Origin: a virus
Strand: one strand, 5' to 3'
IMG/VR virus record: IMGVR_UViG_3300045988_183639
Coordinates: 45,723 to 77,722 of that record
DNA length: 32,000 nt
Numbering within the stretch: the stretch's first letter is position 1; every line of letters starts with the position of its first letter. Positions 1 to 8,378 of this stretch are shown here, piece after piece. Under the pieces are notes generated by a model. The model searched no databases and had not been told where the DNA came from. It saw nothing but the letters and a program-made list of their open reading frames with translations. Made by a program: the position numbers and the translations under genes.

Positions 1-1
1 T

Positions 2-154
2 GCCGAAGAAATGGCGGATGTGATGGAGGTCCTGTACGCTATGGGTAAGACTTGCGCTGTTTCCAAGCGGGAAATAGAACAGGTCAGAAGTCAGAAAGCG
101 TCGGAGAAGGGGATTTTCTCAAAGAAAATCTTCTTGGTTTCGACAGAAACGTGA
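2..154 (+). CDS. C-terminal fragment of a MazG-like / phosphoribosyl-ATP pyrophosphohydrolase-like protein (partial at window edge)
   Basis: Open frame from base 2: AEEMADVMEVLYAMGKTCAVSKREIEQVRSQKASEKGIFSKKIFLVSTET*. EExADVxEVLyA...KaxxxGxFxKkIFL resembles the C-terminus of this family. Confidence 0.55.
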   Translation, partial: AEEMADVMEVLYAMGKTCAVSKREIEQVRSQKASEKGIFSKKIFLVSTET

Positions 155-166
155 AAGGAGCGGTTT

Positions 167-589
167 GTGACGCAGCAAGACGCAGTGCGGTTAATCAGAA
201 AACTGATTTTTGCCAAAAACAGTCAAGACCTCACGCATTTTAACCGGTGTGTAGACGAAATTGCACAAACCTTGGACGAGCAAGGCGACAAAGAAGGCGC
301 TCGTGCTATTCGCAATACTTCCCGTGACGGCTATGTAAAATCGTACTACGAGGCAAGTCGGCAAGCACAGCCTCTCGGTAGCCCCTTTGTCAGCTATAAA
401 CCTGCGTTCGTCATCGACAACAAGGATATCGCACTATGGCATGCGAAGAACGATAATCCGCCGATGCGAGTTCGACACATTTTAGAGTACGTCGAAAACG
501 GGGAGATGGTCGGAAAAGATGTGCTGGAATACGATGCAAGCACCGATAAATGGCACCGTATTGAGGCGGAATGTATCGAGTTGGTATAG
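167..589 (+). CDS. hypothetical protein with N-terminal helical region (QDAVRLIRKLIF...HFNRCVDEIAQTLDEQGDKEGARAIRN)
   Basis: ORF with GTG start, follows the upstream gene closely. Confidence 0.7.
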   Translation: MTQQDAVRLIRKLIFAKNSQDLTHFNRCVDEIAQTLDEQGDKEGARAIRNTSRDGYVKSYYEASRQAQPLGSPFVSYKPAFVIDNKDIALWHAKNDNPPMRVRHILEYVENGEMVGKDVLEYDASTDKWHRIEAECIELV

Positions 590-682
590 GGACACTGCAT
601 AAACCATGCTCCTCTAACCCCTTTCTGCTGGCGGTCAGCAGAGAAATAAAATATACAAACAGCGATTTTTATCCACAGCCTC

Positions 683-710
683 TTGCACATTTGTGCGAAC
701 TGCATACAAT
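683..710 (+). promoter_or_regulatory. promoter, family 1 (TTGCAC-N6-GCGA-N6-TACAAT)
   Basis: TTGCAC 683-688, GCGA 695-698, TACAAT 705-710; same spacing as six other sites in the window. Confidence 0.75.
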
Positions 711-733
711 CTAAATTATAGACTAAAAACTGT

Positions 734-770
734 ACCCTGATGGCTGTTTAATGGCTGTCAGGGTCTTTTT
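734..770 (+). terminator. terminator/attenuator-like hairpin in leader of the helicase gene
   Basis: ACCCTGA (734-740) / TCAGGGT (758-764) followed by CTTTTTATT; lies between promoter and gene. Confidence 0.7.
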
Positions 771-804
771 ATTGCCTGCCAATCTACTATTCGGAGGGAT
801 TACA

Positions 805-3543
805 ATGACGCTCAAAGACTTGTCCAGCGAACAGCAGGACCTTGTACGGCTGGCGCTTGACGGGAAAAACGTGTTGTGCGATGCCTGTATCGGAAGCGGT
901 AAGACGTCCACAATCAATGTTTTGTGCAACGAGTTTGATTCCTCTAAGGAAATTCTGTACCTGACCTATAACCGGCTTTTGAAACTCGATGCACAGGAAA
1001 AGATTCTGAACGATAATGTCACGGTCCAGAACTATCATGGATTTGCCTCGAAAATCCTGTACCGACGCGGTATCAAGAATGTCGGACAGGGCGAGCAGAT
1101 TGGGATGGTCTTGAGGAAGCGCGTTCCTGTCGGGCACTTTGACGTGCTTATCATCGACGAGTATCAGGACATCAACGAGGAAATCTCGAAGATGCTCGAA
1201 TACATCAAGGAATCGAATCCCGGTCTTCAAATCATCGCAGTCGGGGACATGAAACAGAAAATCTATGACCAGACCTCGCTGGATATCTGGTCGTTCATCC
1301 ATAAGTTCTTAGGCAAGCACACTCAGGTCAATTTCACGCAATGTTTCCGCCTGTCTCATGACCTTGCACAGCGGCTCGGAAACATCTGGGGCAAGGATAT
1401 CAACGGTGTGAACAAGAGCTGTAAGGTATCGACCATGTCCCGCGAGCAGGTGGTAGACTATCTGGATACCAAGAACCCGAAGGATGTCCTGTGTCTCGGT
1501 GCCAGAACGGGGTCTATGGTAAAGGTTCTGAATGAACTGGAAGCAAGACCCGGCAACCTCTATGACAAGAACCATGTATATGCCAGCATCAAGGAACCGG
1601 ACGGTGAAAAGCATGTAGCACCCGGCGCAGACGTTGGTATCTTTACAACCTTTGACGGCAGTAAAGGTATGGAGCGCCCCATCTGTGTTGTCTTTGATTT
1701 CACGGAATCCTACTGGTGCTCCCGTGTATTTCAGCCTACGGCGCGGTATGAGATTCTGAGAAACCTTTTCTGCGTTGCGGCGAGTCGCGGTAAGGATGAG
1801 GTCATCTTTGTAGAGCCTCCGAAAAAAGAGGACAGATTTGGGCTGGTCAGCGATAAAACCCTGATGACTCCCGTCAAGATGAATCAGGAGTTCAATACAA
1901 AGTTCGATATCTCTGAGATGTTCGATTTCAAGTTCGATGAGGATGTAGAGCACTGCTACCAGCTTATCAATACGACGCCGGTGTTCCATAAGGATGTGCA
2001 TGAAATCGAAATCAAGCATTCGGATGCGATGATTGACTTGGCTCCCTGCATCAGCATCTACCAGCAGGCGAACTTCTTCGACTACTACGATATCGACAGC
2101 GCGATTGCCTTCTACATGTACCTGCATAACGACAAAAAGGTAGCGCTGCCTTCCAGCTGGAAATCCGTGGAGGAGAAGGTGCTGTTCCTGACGATGCTGA
2201 TGACGAGTCAGGACCGGTATGTAAAACAGGTCGAGCTCCCTTTCATTACGAGAGCGCAGGAAACAGACCTGAACAAGCGTCTGTCTATGGTGTTCACTCC
2301 AGACGAGTCCGTACAGGAACGCTGTGAGTTGACTGCCATGGTAGATACCAAGGCAAAGAAGAAACTTGTTATCAGCGGCATGGCGGATGTCGTGAAGGAC
2401 AACAAGGTCTATTTGCTGAAATTCGTGTCTTCGCTCGCGCACAAGCATTTCCTGCAATGTGCCTGCTATATGCTGGCTACCGGGTTAAAGCAGGGTGTTG
2501 TCTGGAATATCCGCGATAACATGATGTATGAAATCGAGATTCCGGACCCTGACAAGTTCCTTGACGCGGTAATCACCTGTATCACGAAGCAGGTCTTTGC
2601 CAAGGCAGAAAGCTATACGATTTCCAAGGATTATACGCAGGACCTCGATACCATCATCGAGCAAATCATGACCGATGATTCCCTGCCGGAATTCGATGTC
2701 GGCGGCAATGTCAAGGAAGAAAAGAAGACGGCTGATGAAGGTATCTCTATCATCCGCCGTGGTGAGCAGTATATCATTGTGGATGCTGCGAACCGTCAAA
2801 TCATCGATAACAGCGCCATGAACGGCTACGATTCGATTCTCGCTGCCTGTGAGGATTATGTCCGGAAAAATAAGCAGCTGGCAGAGGAATCCATGTCCAA
2901 GAAGGAACTGCTCAGCGTTATTGAGGATTGGCTCGACAATCACAGGGATTTCGAAGCAGCTATGTCCAAGACCGAGGTGGATATCAAGCACCATATCGGC
3001 GAATATGCAAACTACGCTTCTCTTTCCACCTATGTTGTTCGTAAGATGCTCAAAGACCGTGGTCTTATCATCAATTTCAGCGAACGCCAGCTGTTGAAGG
3101 TCTGGAAGGAGCGGAAGAAGAAGGATACGAATACCGTGGAGAATACGCGGTACGAGACCCTTGCCTCTACGCTCGAATCCCTCGTTAAGGCAGGGGTCGA
3201 TGTCCAGCTTGAAATGCCGGAAGAGGAGAAGGCCGCAAAGCCCGAACCGGACCCGGAAGAAGAAAAGCCTCAATTCGATAAGCGCATCCCCTATACCGTT
3301 ATTCGTTCGTCCCGGCTCTCTAAGCCCAACGATGTGCGGTATATTGTCGTCAATCTGAACGACAAGGACCAGGTGCTGGACGATGCAAGCGGATACGGAT
3401 ACAAGTCGATTTCTGCCGCACAGAAGGGCTACGGATATAAATGCCGGAATCTCACCAAGTACGGTGAAGTTAAGCACTCGTCAAAGCCCAAAACCAATAT
3501 CCCGGTCTCGCAGAGCCGTCAGCTCTCGTTTGGGGACTTCTAA
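805..3543 (+). CDS. SF1 UvrD/Rep-like helicase with degenerate RecB-like nuclease region and repeated C-terminal module
   Basis: Walker A CIGSGKTS, Walker B DVLIIDEYQD, CFRLS motif; later ISGMADVVKDNKVYLLKF...LQCACYM resembles a PD-(D/E)XK core lacking the acidic residue; good RBS ggagg. Confidence 0.88.
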   Translation: MTLKDLSSEQQDLVRLALDGKNVLCDACIGSGKTSTINVLCNEFDSSKEILYLTYNRLLKLDAQEKILNDNVTVQNYHGFASKILYRRGIKNVGQGEQIGMVLRKRVPVGHFDVLIIDEYQDINEEISKMLEYIKESNPGLQIIAVGDMKQKIYDQTSLDIWSFIHKFLGKHTQVNFTQCFRLSHDLAQRLGNIWGKDINGVNKSCKVSTMSREQVVDYLDTKNPKDVLCLGARTGSMVKVLNELEARPGNLYDKNHVYASIKEPDGEKHVAPGADVGIFTTFDGSKGMERPICVVFDFTESYWCSRVFQPTARYEILRNLFCVAASRGKDEVIFVEPPKKEDRFGLVSDKTLMTPVKMNQEFNTKFDISEMFDFKFDEDVEHCYQLINTTPVFHKDVHEIEIKHSDAMIDLAPCISIYQQANFFDYYDIDSAIAFYMYLHNDKKVALPSSWKSVEEKVLFLTMLMTSQDRYVKQVELPFITRAQETDLNKRLSMVFTPDESVQERCELTAMVDTKAKKKLVISGMADVVKDNKVYLLKFVSSLAHKHFLQCACYMLATGLKQGVVWNIRDNMMYEIEIPDPDKFLDAVITCITKQVFAKAESYTISKDYTQDLDTIIEQIMTDDSLPEFDVGGNVKEEKKTADEGISIIRRGEQYIIVDAANRQIIDNSAMNGYDSILAACEDYVRKNKQLAEESMSKKELLSVIEDWLDNHRDFEAAMSKTEVDIKHHIGEYANYASLSTYVVRKMLKDRGLIINFSERQLLKVWKERKKKDTNTVENTRYETLASTLESLVKAGVDVQLEMPEEEKAAKPEPDPEEEKPQFDKRIPYTVIRSSRLSKPNDVRYIVVNLNDKDQVLDDASGYGYKSISAAQKGYGYKCRNLTKYGEVKHSSKPKTNIPVSQSRQLSFGDF

Positions 3544-3558
3544 GAAGGAGAAAACATC

Positions 3559-4017
3559 ATGACCTACAGCGAAGCATTTTCTCTCTGGGTAGCGGAGGTG
3601 TACCGGAATCATGGCTATGAGCCGGATAACTGGTACGGGTCAGAGGTTGCAGAAACGCTGTACAATGAAGCCATGGCGACCTACAACGGTCCTCCCGCCA
3701 CGATGCGGGATTATATAGAAGCTATCCCGTCTGCGGAAGAATTCGCGTATTTGGACTATGCGATTGAACGGCTGCACCGCGATAACATCAACCTAAACGC
3801 ACTTTCCGACAAAGAGCGCTGGGCTTTGATGGATAAAATCGTCGCAGAGTATCCGCAGTACAAGAACACTCGCACATCCCATGCCAAGCAGGTACAGCAG
3901 ACTTCAATGCAGGCGGCGCTCGATGCCGAGCGTGATGTTCTCTTGCAGGCTGCTCGGCACAATGTGAGCCGGTACAGTGAGGCAGAGGATGCCACAAAGG
4001 ATTTTGTAATCAAGTAA
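3559..4017 (+). CDS. hypothetical protein
   Basis: ORF with RBS (aaggagaa), co-oriented and tightly spaced. Confidence 0.75.
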   Translation: MTYSEAFSLWVAEVYRNHGYEPDNWYGSEVAETLYNEAMATYNGPPATMRDYIEAIPSAEEFAYLDYAIERLHRDNINLNALSDKERWALMDKIVAEYPQYKNTRTSHAKQVQQTSMQAALDAERDVLLQAARHNVSRYSEAEDATKDFVIK

Positions 4018-4032
4018 GGGGGCAGTAACAGA

Positions 4033-4323
4033 ATGGTCAAGATTTACGGCTATAGCGATGATATCGTTTGTATCGAAAATTCTCGATACTTCGAGGATGA
4101 AATCGGGTGTTTCGATGTTGCCGGAGTCCGGCTTTATTTAGATGACGGCACGATTCTCTTTGTCTGCTTCTCCTCCGGCGTCTGGCGCATTTTCATCGAG
4201 CAGGAAGGCTCCGCGCCGTACCGGCACAAGGTCTGTCAGGAGACGAACGATAATGACTACACCGATGAGTTTTATACCGAAGCCGAGGTCGTTCGACACG
4301 AAATTGCATCGGCGAGAAACTGA
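4033..4323 (+). CDS. hypothetical protein
   Basis: ORF, co-oriented, short intergenic spacing. Confidence 0.65.
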   Translation: MVKIYGYSDDIVCIENSRYFEDEIGCFDVAGVRLYLDDGTILFVCFSSGVWRIFIEQEGSAPYRHKVCQETNDNDYTDEFYTEAEVVRHEIASARN

Positions 4324-4338
4324 AGGAAGGTGAGACCC

Positions 4339-4686
4339 ATGAATTTCTCAAAAATTCGTATGATGTTCTTCGATTTCGACGATACCCTTCTCATCCATTA
4401 TCGGGAACAGAAACTCGACGCGACTGCCGACGCACACAGGGCACGGCTGCTGCGGTATGAGGCTGAGAACCGGGGCGGGTACAAGGTATTCGATGAGATT
4501 GGGGAAGCGAATACGCTTGTCCAGCATTTCCTCGAAAGCTGCGACGGTATCCCGAAATACTGCATTACTCGCGTGCAGGACAGTATGACCCTGCCGTATA
4601 AAAAGCAGTGGCTTGAAATGCACTATCCGGGACAGTTCCTCGATGTCATCGGGACTGCCACCCCCGAACGGAAACCTCCGTCATGA
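4339..4686 (+). CDS. HAD-superfamily hydrolase, N-terminal part
   Basis: MMFFDFDDTLLIHY HAD motif I; ends ...ATPERKPPS* at the position expected for motif III. Confidence 0.75.
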   Translation: MNFSKIRMMFFDFDDTLLIHYREQKLDATADAHRARLLRYEAENRGGYKVFDEIGEANTLVQHFLESCDGIPKYCITRVQDSMTLPYKKQWLEMHYPGQFLDVIGTATPERKPPS

Positions 4687-4835
4687 AACTCCTGACCCAA
4701 GCTGCCGGTCTGAATGCTGCGCAGGCTCTGTATGTAGATGACTATTACGAAGCCCTCAATGAGGCGGCGAAGGAAGGCTTTACGGTCATGACGGTACAGG
4801 AACTCATGCTGCGGCAATATACGGCGGAGCAATAA
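4683..4835 (+). CDS. HAD-superfamily hydrolase, C-terminal part (motif IV)
   Basis: MKLLTQAAGLNAAQALYVDDYYEALNEAAKEGFTVMTVQELMLRQYTAEQ*; ATGA overlap with preceding ORF, shifted frame; below the 60-aa track cutoff. Confidence 0.65.
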   Translation: MKLLTQAAGLNAAQALYVDDYYEALNEAAKEGFTVMTVQELMLRQYTAEQ

Positions 4836-4999
4836 TAAAGCGCTAAGCCACTAACAAACTAAGGAGGACTACCATGAAAAAGATTCTGAAATTTCTTGCC
4901 GCTGCGGCATTTGCCGTCGTTGTGTACCAGCTTGTTTCGCTGCACCGCAAACGCCGTAAGATGGTCGAGATTGGTCAGCAGATTTTCCGGTGATACCTG

Positions 5000-5665
5000 A
5001 TGGCGAAAACTCAGCTGACCCGCGATATTGAGGCCGCGCTTCATGCGTGGCATCCTTCCAGCTACGGCGGGTATCGGGTGGATTCGTTTCGTCAAGGGTT
5101 CGATGCCTTAGAAGTGCCGGTAGAATGCGGGTCTGTCAAATCCGGATTGGTCGATTTCGTCAGGGTTCAGGAATGCTTTACCTCCGAAACCAAATATGGG
5201 ACCTGCAAACTGGCCTCGCTTATCGAAACGGATACGTGTGCTTCGCTTGCCGCGATTCAGCAAAAAGCAAAAGAGGCAACCTGCGTCAAGAATATTTCAT
5301 CGCCGGATTTTTGCAGGGAGCACTGTTCCGAGCGATGGTGCCACTTCCACAAGACGAATCATCTGTATACGCTCGATGCCGTCATCACTTGTGTGGAAAT
5401 CAAGATTTCTGTGAGCGATTTTCACTCGGCACACGGGCACAATTTCGTCGGGCACTGCAACTATTATGCGATGCCCACAGAGTTATATAAGAAGGTCAAA
5501 GGAGAGATACCAGAAGATATTGGTGTCCTGCTCTATTATGACGGCATGAGTACCTGCGGAATCCGAAAGGCGAAGGAGTGTAAGCCACAAATTCTTTCGG
5601 AAAGCACACAAAAATGGCTGATTCTGTCCGTTGCTAAAAGGCTGCCCCGGTTCGACAAGAACTGA
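5000..5665 (+). CDS. MmcB-like PD-(D/E)XK nuclease-fold protein
   Basis: LDAVITCVEIKISVSDFHSAHGHNFVGHCNYYAMPTELYKKV...IPEDIGVLLYY resembles EIKvSxxDF...Y...Vp of this family. Confidence 0.6.
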   Translation: MAKTQLTRDIEAALHAWHPSSYGGYRVDSFRQGFDALEVPVECGSVKSGLVDFVRVQECFTSETKYGTCKLASLIETDTCASLAAIQQKAKEATCVKNISSPDFCREHCSERWCHFHKTNHLYTLDAVITCVEIKISVSDFHSAHGHNFVGHCNYYAMPTELYKKVKGEIPEDIGVLLYYDGMSTCGIRKAKECKPQILSESTQKWLILSVAKRLPRFDKN

Positions 5666-5685
5666 GGGCAGCTTTTTTATATATT
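5644..5685 (+). terminator. Rho-independent terminator overlapping the gene 3' end
   Basis: GCTGCCCCGGTTCGACAAGAACTGAGGGCAGCTTTTTT. Confidence 0.65.
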
Positions 5686-5712
5686 TTTTTGTTTAAGAAA
5701 GGACAAACTCAA

Positions 5713-6486
5713 ATGCGGCGAACCAAAGCACTGATACTCGTTGCAACATTGGCTGTGCTGACCAGTGTTGCAGCCTGTTCATGGCAAGCGGAACCTCTGC
5801 CTGCCGAATCAGCACAATCCGAATCCTCTCTCAGCACCTCTGAATCTGCGACGCAAGAAACAGCAGAAGAAGCGCAGAAAATCCCGGACTTATCCGGCGT
5901 ACCGGAACCGAGCGCGGAACCGTCTGCGCCTTTTGAACCGTCTCCTACAACGCAACCTGAACCTTCCCCGGGTCCGACTCCCGAACCAACGCCTGCGCCG
6001 ACTTCCGAACCTGCGGCAGCGACCTCTGTCTGGGGTGATGTTGCCCCTGCAGCCTGGGGTCAAGCCTACGGCACGATTACCTGTGACGCGATTGGCCTAA
6101 ACTCTTCTCTTATCTGGGGCGATGACCAGAGTCTTTTGAATCAACGCGATGGGGTGTATCAGTATCCCGGTTCTTATCAAGTCGGTGTGACTGGAGGACA
6201 TCTGCTTTGCGCACATAACGACAGCGTGTTTTCTTTGTTGCAATATGTCAGCATAGGGGATAACTTTGTTGTGGATACCGATTACGGCGAGTATGTGTAT
6301 TCCGTCACCCTAGCAAAACCCGGCTATGTATCCTCGGATGCGAGCACCGTGATTGCGGATGATGGCACTGTCCTCGTTAATTTCACAGACGGAATCGATA
6401 AACTCATCATGTATACCTGCTATCCGTTTGGGTATTACAGCCCAACGAATCAGAGATATGTGGTTCAGGCTGTTTTGCAAGCATGA
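5713..6486 (+). CDS. sortase-family protein with lipoprotein signal peptide and S/P/E-rich linker
   Basis: N-term MRRTKALILVATLAVLTSVAACSW (lipobox); C-term GHLLCAHN...LIMYTCYPFGYYSPTNQRYVV (His, Cys, Arg of sortase). Confidence 0.85.
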   Translation: MRRTKALILVATLAVLTSVAACSWQAEPLPAESAQSESSLSTSESATQETAEEAQKIPDLSGVPEPSAEPSAPFEPSPTTQPEPSPGPTPEPTPAPTSEPAAATSVWGDVAPAAWGQAYGTITCDAIGLNSSLIWGDDQSLLNQRDGVYQYPGSYQVGVTGGHLLCAHNDSVFSLLQYVSIGDNFVVDTDYGEYVYSVTLAKPGYVSSDASTVIADDGTVLVNFTDGIDKLIMYTCYPFGYYSPTNQRYVVQAVLQA

Positions 6487-6505
6487 TTGGAGATGTAGTT
6501 TTAGG

Positions 6506-6736
6506 ATGCAAAAAAGAAAAATCCGAAAATTCCTGCATTACACAGGAACTGTCTTTATTCCGCTCATCATTGCTATGATGGGCGTTTTGTTTTGGGTGAA
6601 AGTAATGAACGACATCGAATGGCTCCTTCTTTCCCCGAAGCATGTCGCGTTCGGCTGCGTTGCGAGCCTTGGCTTGGTTCTTTGCTGTATTTATGCGGAC
6701 AGGATGCTGTGCCATGAGGTTTCGGATACGGTTTAA
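6506..6736 (+). CDS. small two-TM membrane protein
   Basis: MQKRKIRKFLHYTGTVFIPLIIAMMGVLFWVKV...HVAFGCVASLGLVLCCIYADRML. Confidence 0.55.
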   Translation: MQKRKIRKFLHYTGTVFIPLIIAMMGVLFWVKVMNDIEWLLLSPKHVAFGCVASLGLVLCCIYADRMLCHEVSDTV

Positions 6737-6739
6737 GTA

Positions 6740-6767
6740 TTGCATGTTCTTGCGATACCGGTAAAAT
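6740..6767 (+). promoter_or_regulatory. promoter, family 1 (TTGCAT-N6-GCGA-N6-TAAAAT)
   Basis: TTGCAT 6740-6745, GCGA 6752-6755, TAAAAT 6762-6767; followed by ATTGTACGATAGATA 6771-6785. Confidence 0.72.
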
Positions 6768-6817
6768 AGAATTGTACGATAGATACCAGATATCTTACAA
6801 TTCACAATTTCGTTTTT

Positions 6818-6857
6818 AGCGGACTTATCCCTTTCGGGGGACGGGTCCGCTTTTTTT
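6818..6857 (+). terminator. terminator/attenuator-like hairpin in MBL-gene leader
   Basis: AGCGGAC (6818-6824) / GTCCGCT (6845-6851) + T-run. Confidence 0.72.
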
Positions 6858-6879
6858 GTTTGAAAGGAGAAATAAATAT

Positions 6880-8028
6880 ATGCAAACCAAACACGAATTT
6901 CTTCGGAGAACTGCAGCGGTAATTGCTGCGTTCTTCACATTGACATTCACAGGCTGCGGTCAGACACCGGAATCTCCGGGAAGCCTTCCTGTATCCGGGG
7001 TCGTCTCAGAAACTACCGCACAAAGCGGTCAGGAGACGGCTGGCGTATCGGAAGGCGGCAGCTTTACCATCCACTTTATCGATGTCGGGCAGGCAGATTC
7101 CGCCCTCGTCACCTGTAATAGGCACTCGATGCTCATTGACGGCGGCAATGCCGATGACTCGAACCTTGTATACTCAGTATTACAGCGCGAGACAGAGGGA
7201 CACTTAGACTATGTCGTAGGAACACACGCCCACGAAGACCACATCGGAGGTCTTTCAGGTGCCTTCGAGGCTGACACAGCCGATGTCACCTTTTGTCCCG
7301 TAACAGAGTATGACAGCAAAGCATTCCGGAACTTTAAGGCTCGTGCGGACGAGAAAGGCGGCGGTATAACAGTTCCGGCAGTGGGGGATACATTCACCCT
7401 AGGGGAAGCCACCGTCACCGTTGTGGCTGTCAATTCCGTGCCTGAGGACACGAATAATACTTCCATCGTAATTCGCATTGTCTACGGCGATACATCCTTC
7501 CTGTTCACAGGCGACGCCGAACAGGAAACGGAAGAGAAGATACTCGAATCCGGCCAAGACATCGAATCCACCGTCTTAAAGGTCGGACATCACGGGTCCA
7601 GCACCTCCACCTCTCAGGCGTTCTTGGATGCCGTGAACCCTACTTATGCCGTCATATCCTGTGGCAAGGACAATAGCTACGGCCATCCGCACAGCGAAAC
7701 CCTCGCAAAGCTGGCCAGCGCGGGAGTAGAGGTGTTCAGAACGGACGAACTCGGTGATATTTACTGCACCTCTGACGGTTCGGAAGTCACCTTCTCGTAT
7801 GGGGAATACCATAAGGACATCGAAACCTCTAGCGCCGAGGTGGAAGAATCGCAGCAACCTGACACGGTAGCTGAGACCTATATCCTGAACACGAATTCTC
7901 TCAAGTTCCACCGCCCTGATTGCTCTTCTGCATCTCAGATAAGCGATGCAAACAGGGAGGAGTATACCGGCACAAGAGAGGAACTTATCGAGTTGGGATA
8001 TACGCCTTGCGGATATTGCAAACCATAA
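6880..8028 (+). CDS. metallo-beta-lactamase-fold lipoprotein (ComEC C-terminal-like) with C-terminal Cys-containing Ada-like domain
   Basis: LTFTGCG lipobox; HFIDVGQADSALV, VGTHAHEDHIGG, TGDAEQETE, LKVGHHGSSTSTS; tail ILNTNSLKFHRPDCSSA...LGYTPCGYCKP. Confidence 0.85.
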   Translation: MQTKHEFLRRTAAVIAAFFTLTFTGCGQTPESPGSLPVSGVVSETTAQSGQETAGVSEGGSFTIHFIDVGQADSALVTCNRHSMLIDGGNADDSNLVYSVLQRETEGHLDYVVGTHAHEDHIGGLSGAFEADTADVTFCPVTEYDSKAFRNFKARADEKGGGITVPAVGDTFTLGEATVTVVAVNSVPEDTNNTSIVIRIVYGDTSFLFTGDAEQETEEKILESGQDIESTVLKVGHHGSSTSTSQAFLDAVNPTYAVISCGKDNSYGHPHSETLAKLASAGVEVFRTDELGDIYCTSDGSEVTFSYGEYHKDIETSSAEVEESQQPDTVAETYILNTNSLKFHRPDCSSASQISDANREEYTGTREELIELGYTPCGYCKP

Positions 8029-8209
8029 GTATCCAATCAGCATCCAATCCATATAAGCCTATTTGAGTAGTACACGGGATGTCCCGCTCTGGACGAACCA
8101 GGTTCAGGAACGCGCCTTGGCTGATTCGGAAACGGAAAACCATAATAAGGTACTAAAACGATAGCAAGTAAATCAGTCGCCGCTTATGCAAGTAGGTGGT
8201 GATTTTTTC

Positions 8210-8237
8210 TTGCCAAAATGTGCGAACTGAATAGAAT
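8210..8237 (+). promoter_or_regulatory. promoter, family 1 (TTGCCA-N6-GCGA-N6-TAGAAT)
   Basis: TTGCCA 8210-8215, GCGA 8222-8225, TAGAAT 8232-8237; ATTGTACGATAGATA at 8242-8256. Confidence 0.72.
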
Positions 8238-8312
8238 GGATATTGTACGATAGATAACATCCCATATCGAAAGGGTTTTATGCCTTTCGTACAATTCACT
8301 ATTTCGCTTGAA

Positions 8313-8350
8313 GGGCGGACTTCTCGATTCTGAGAGGCCCGCTTTTTTTG
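8313..8350 (+). terminator. terminator/attenuator-like hairpin in leader
   Basis: GGGCGGACTTCTCGATTCTGAGAGGCCCGCTTTTTTT, imperfect stem. Confidence 0.6.
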
Positions 8351-8378
8351 CGTCCAACACAAAAAGGAGCGTAATGAC

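Noticed and set aside
787-3477. Antisense ORFs opposite the helicase gene
   Set aside because: The sense strand has clear helicase motifs and RBS; these are shadow frames.
4339-4835. Programmed frameshift as the certain explanation for the split HAD gene
   Set aside because: No obvious slippery heptamer with a downstream stem could be confirmed; ATGA stop-start coupling or a sequence error are equally possible.
5689-6486. Upstream start of the sortase ORF at 5689
   Set aside because: The ATG at 5713 follows aaagga and gives a clean lipoprotein signal peptide.
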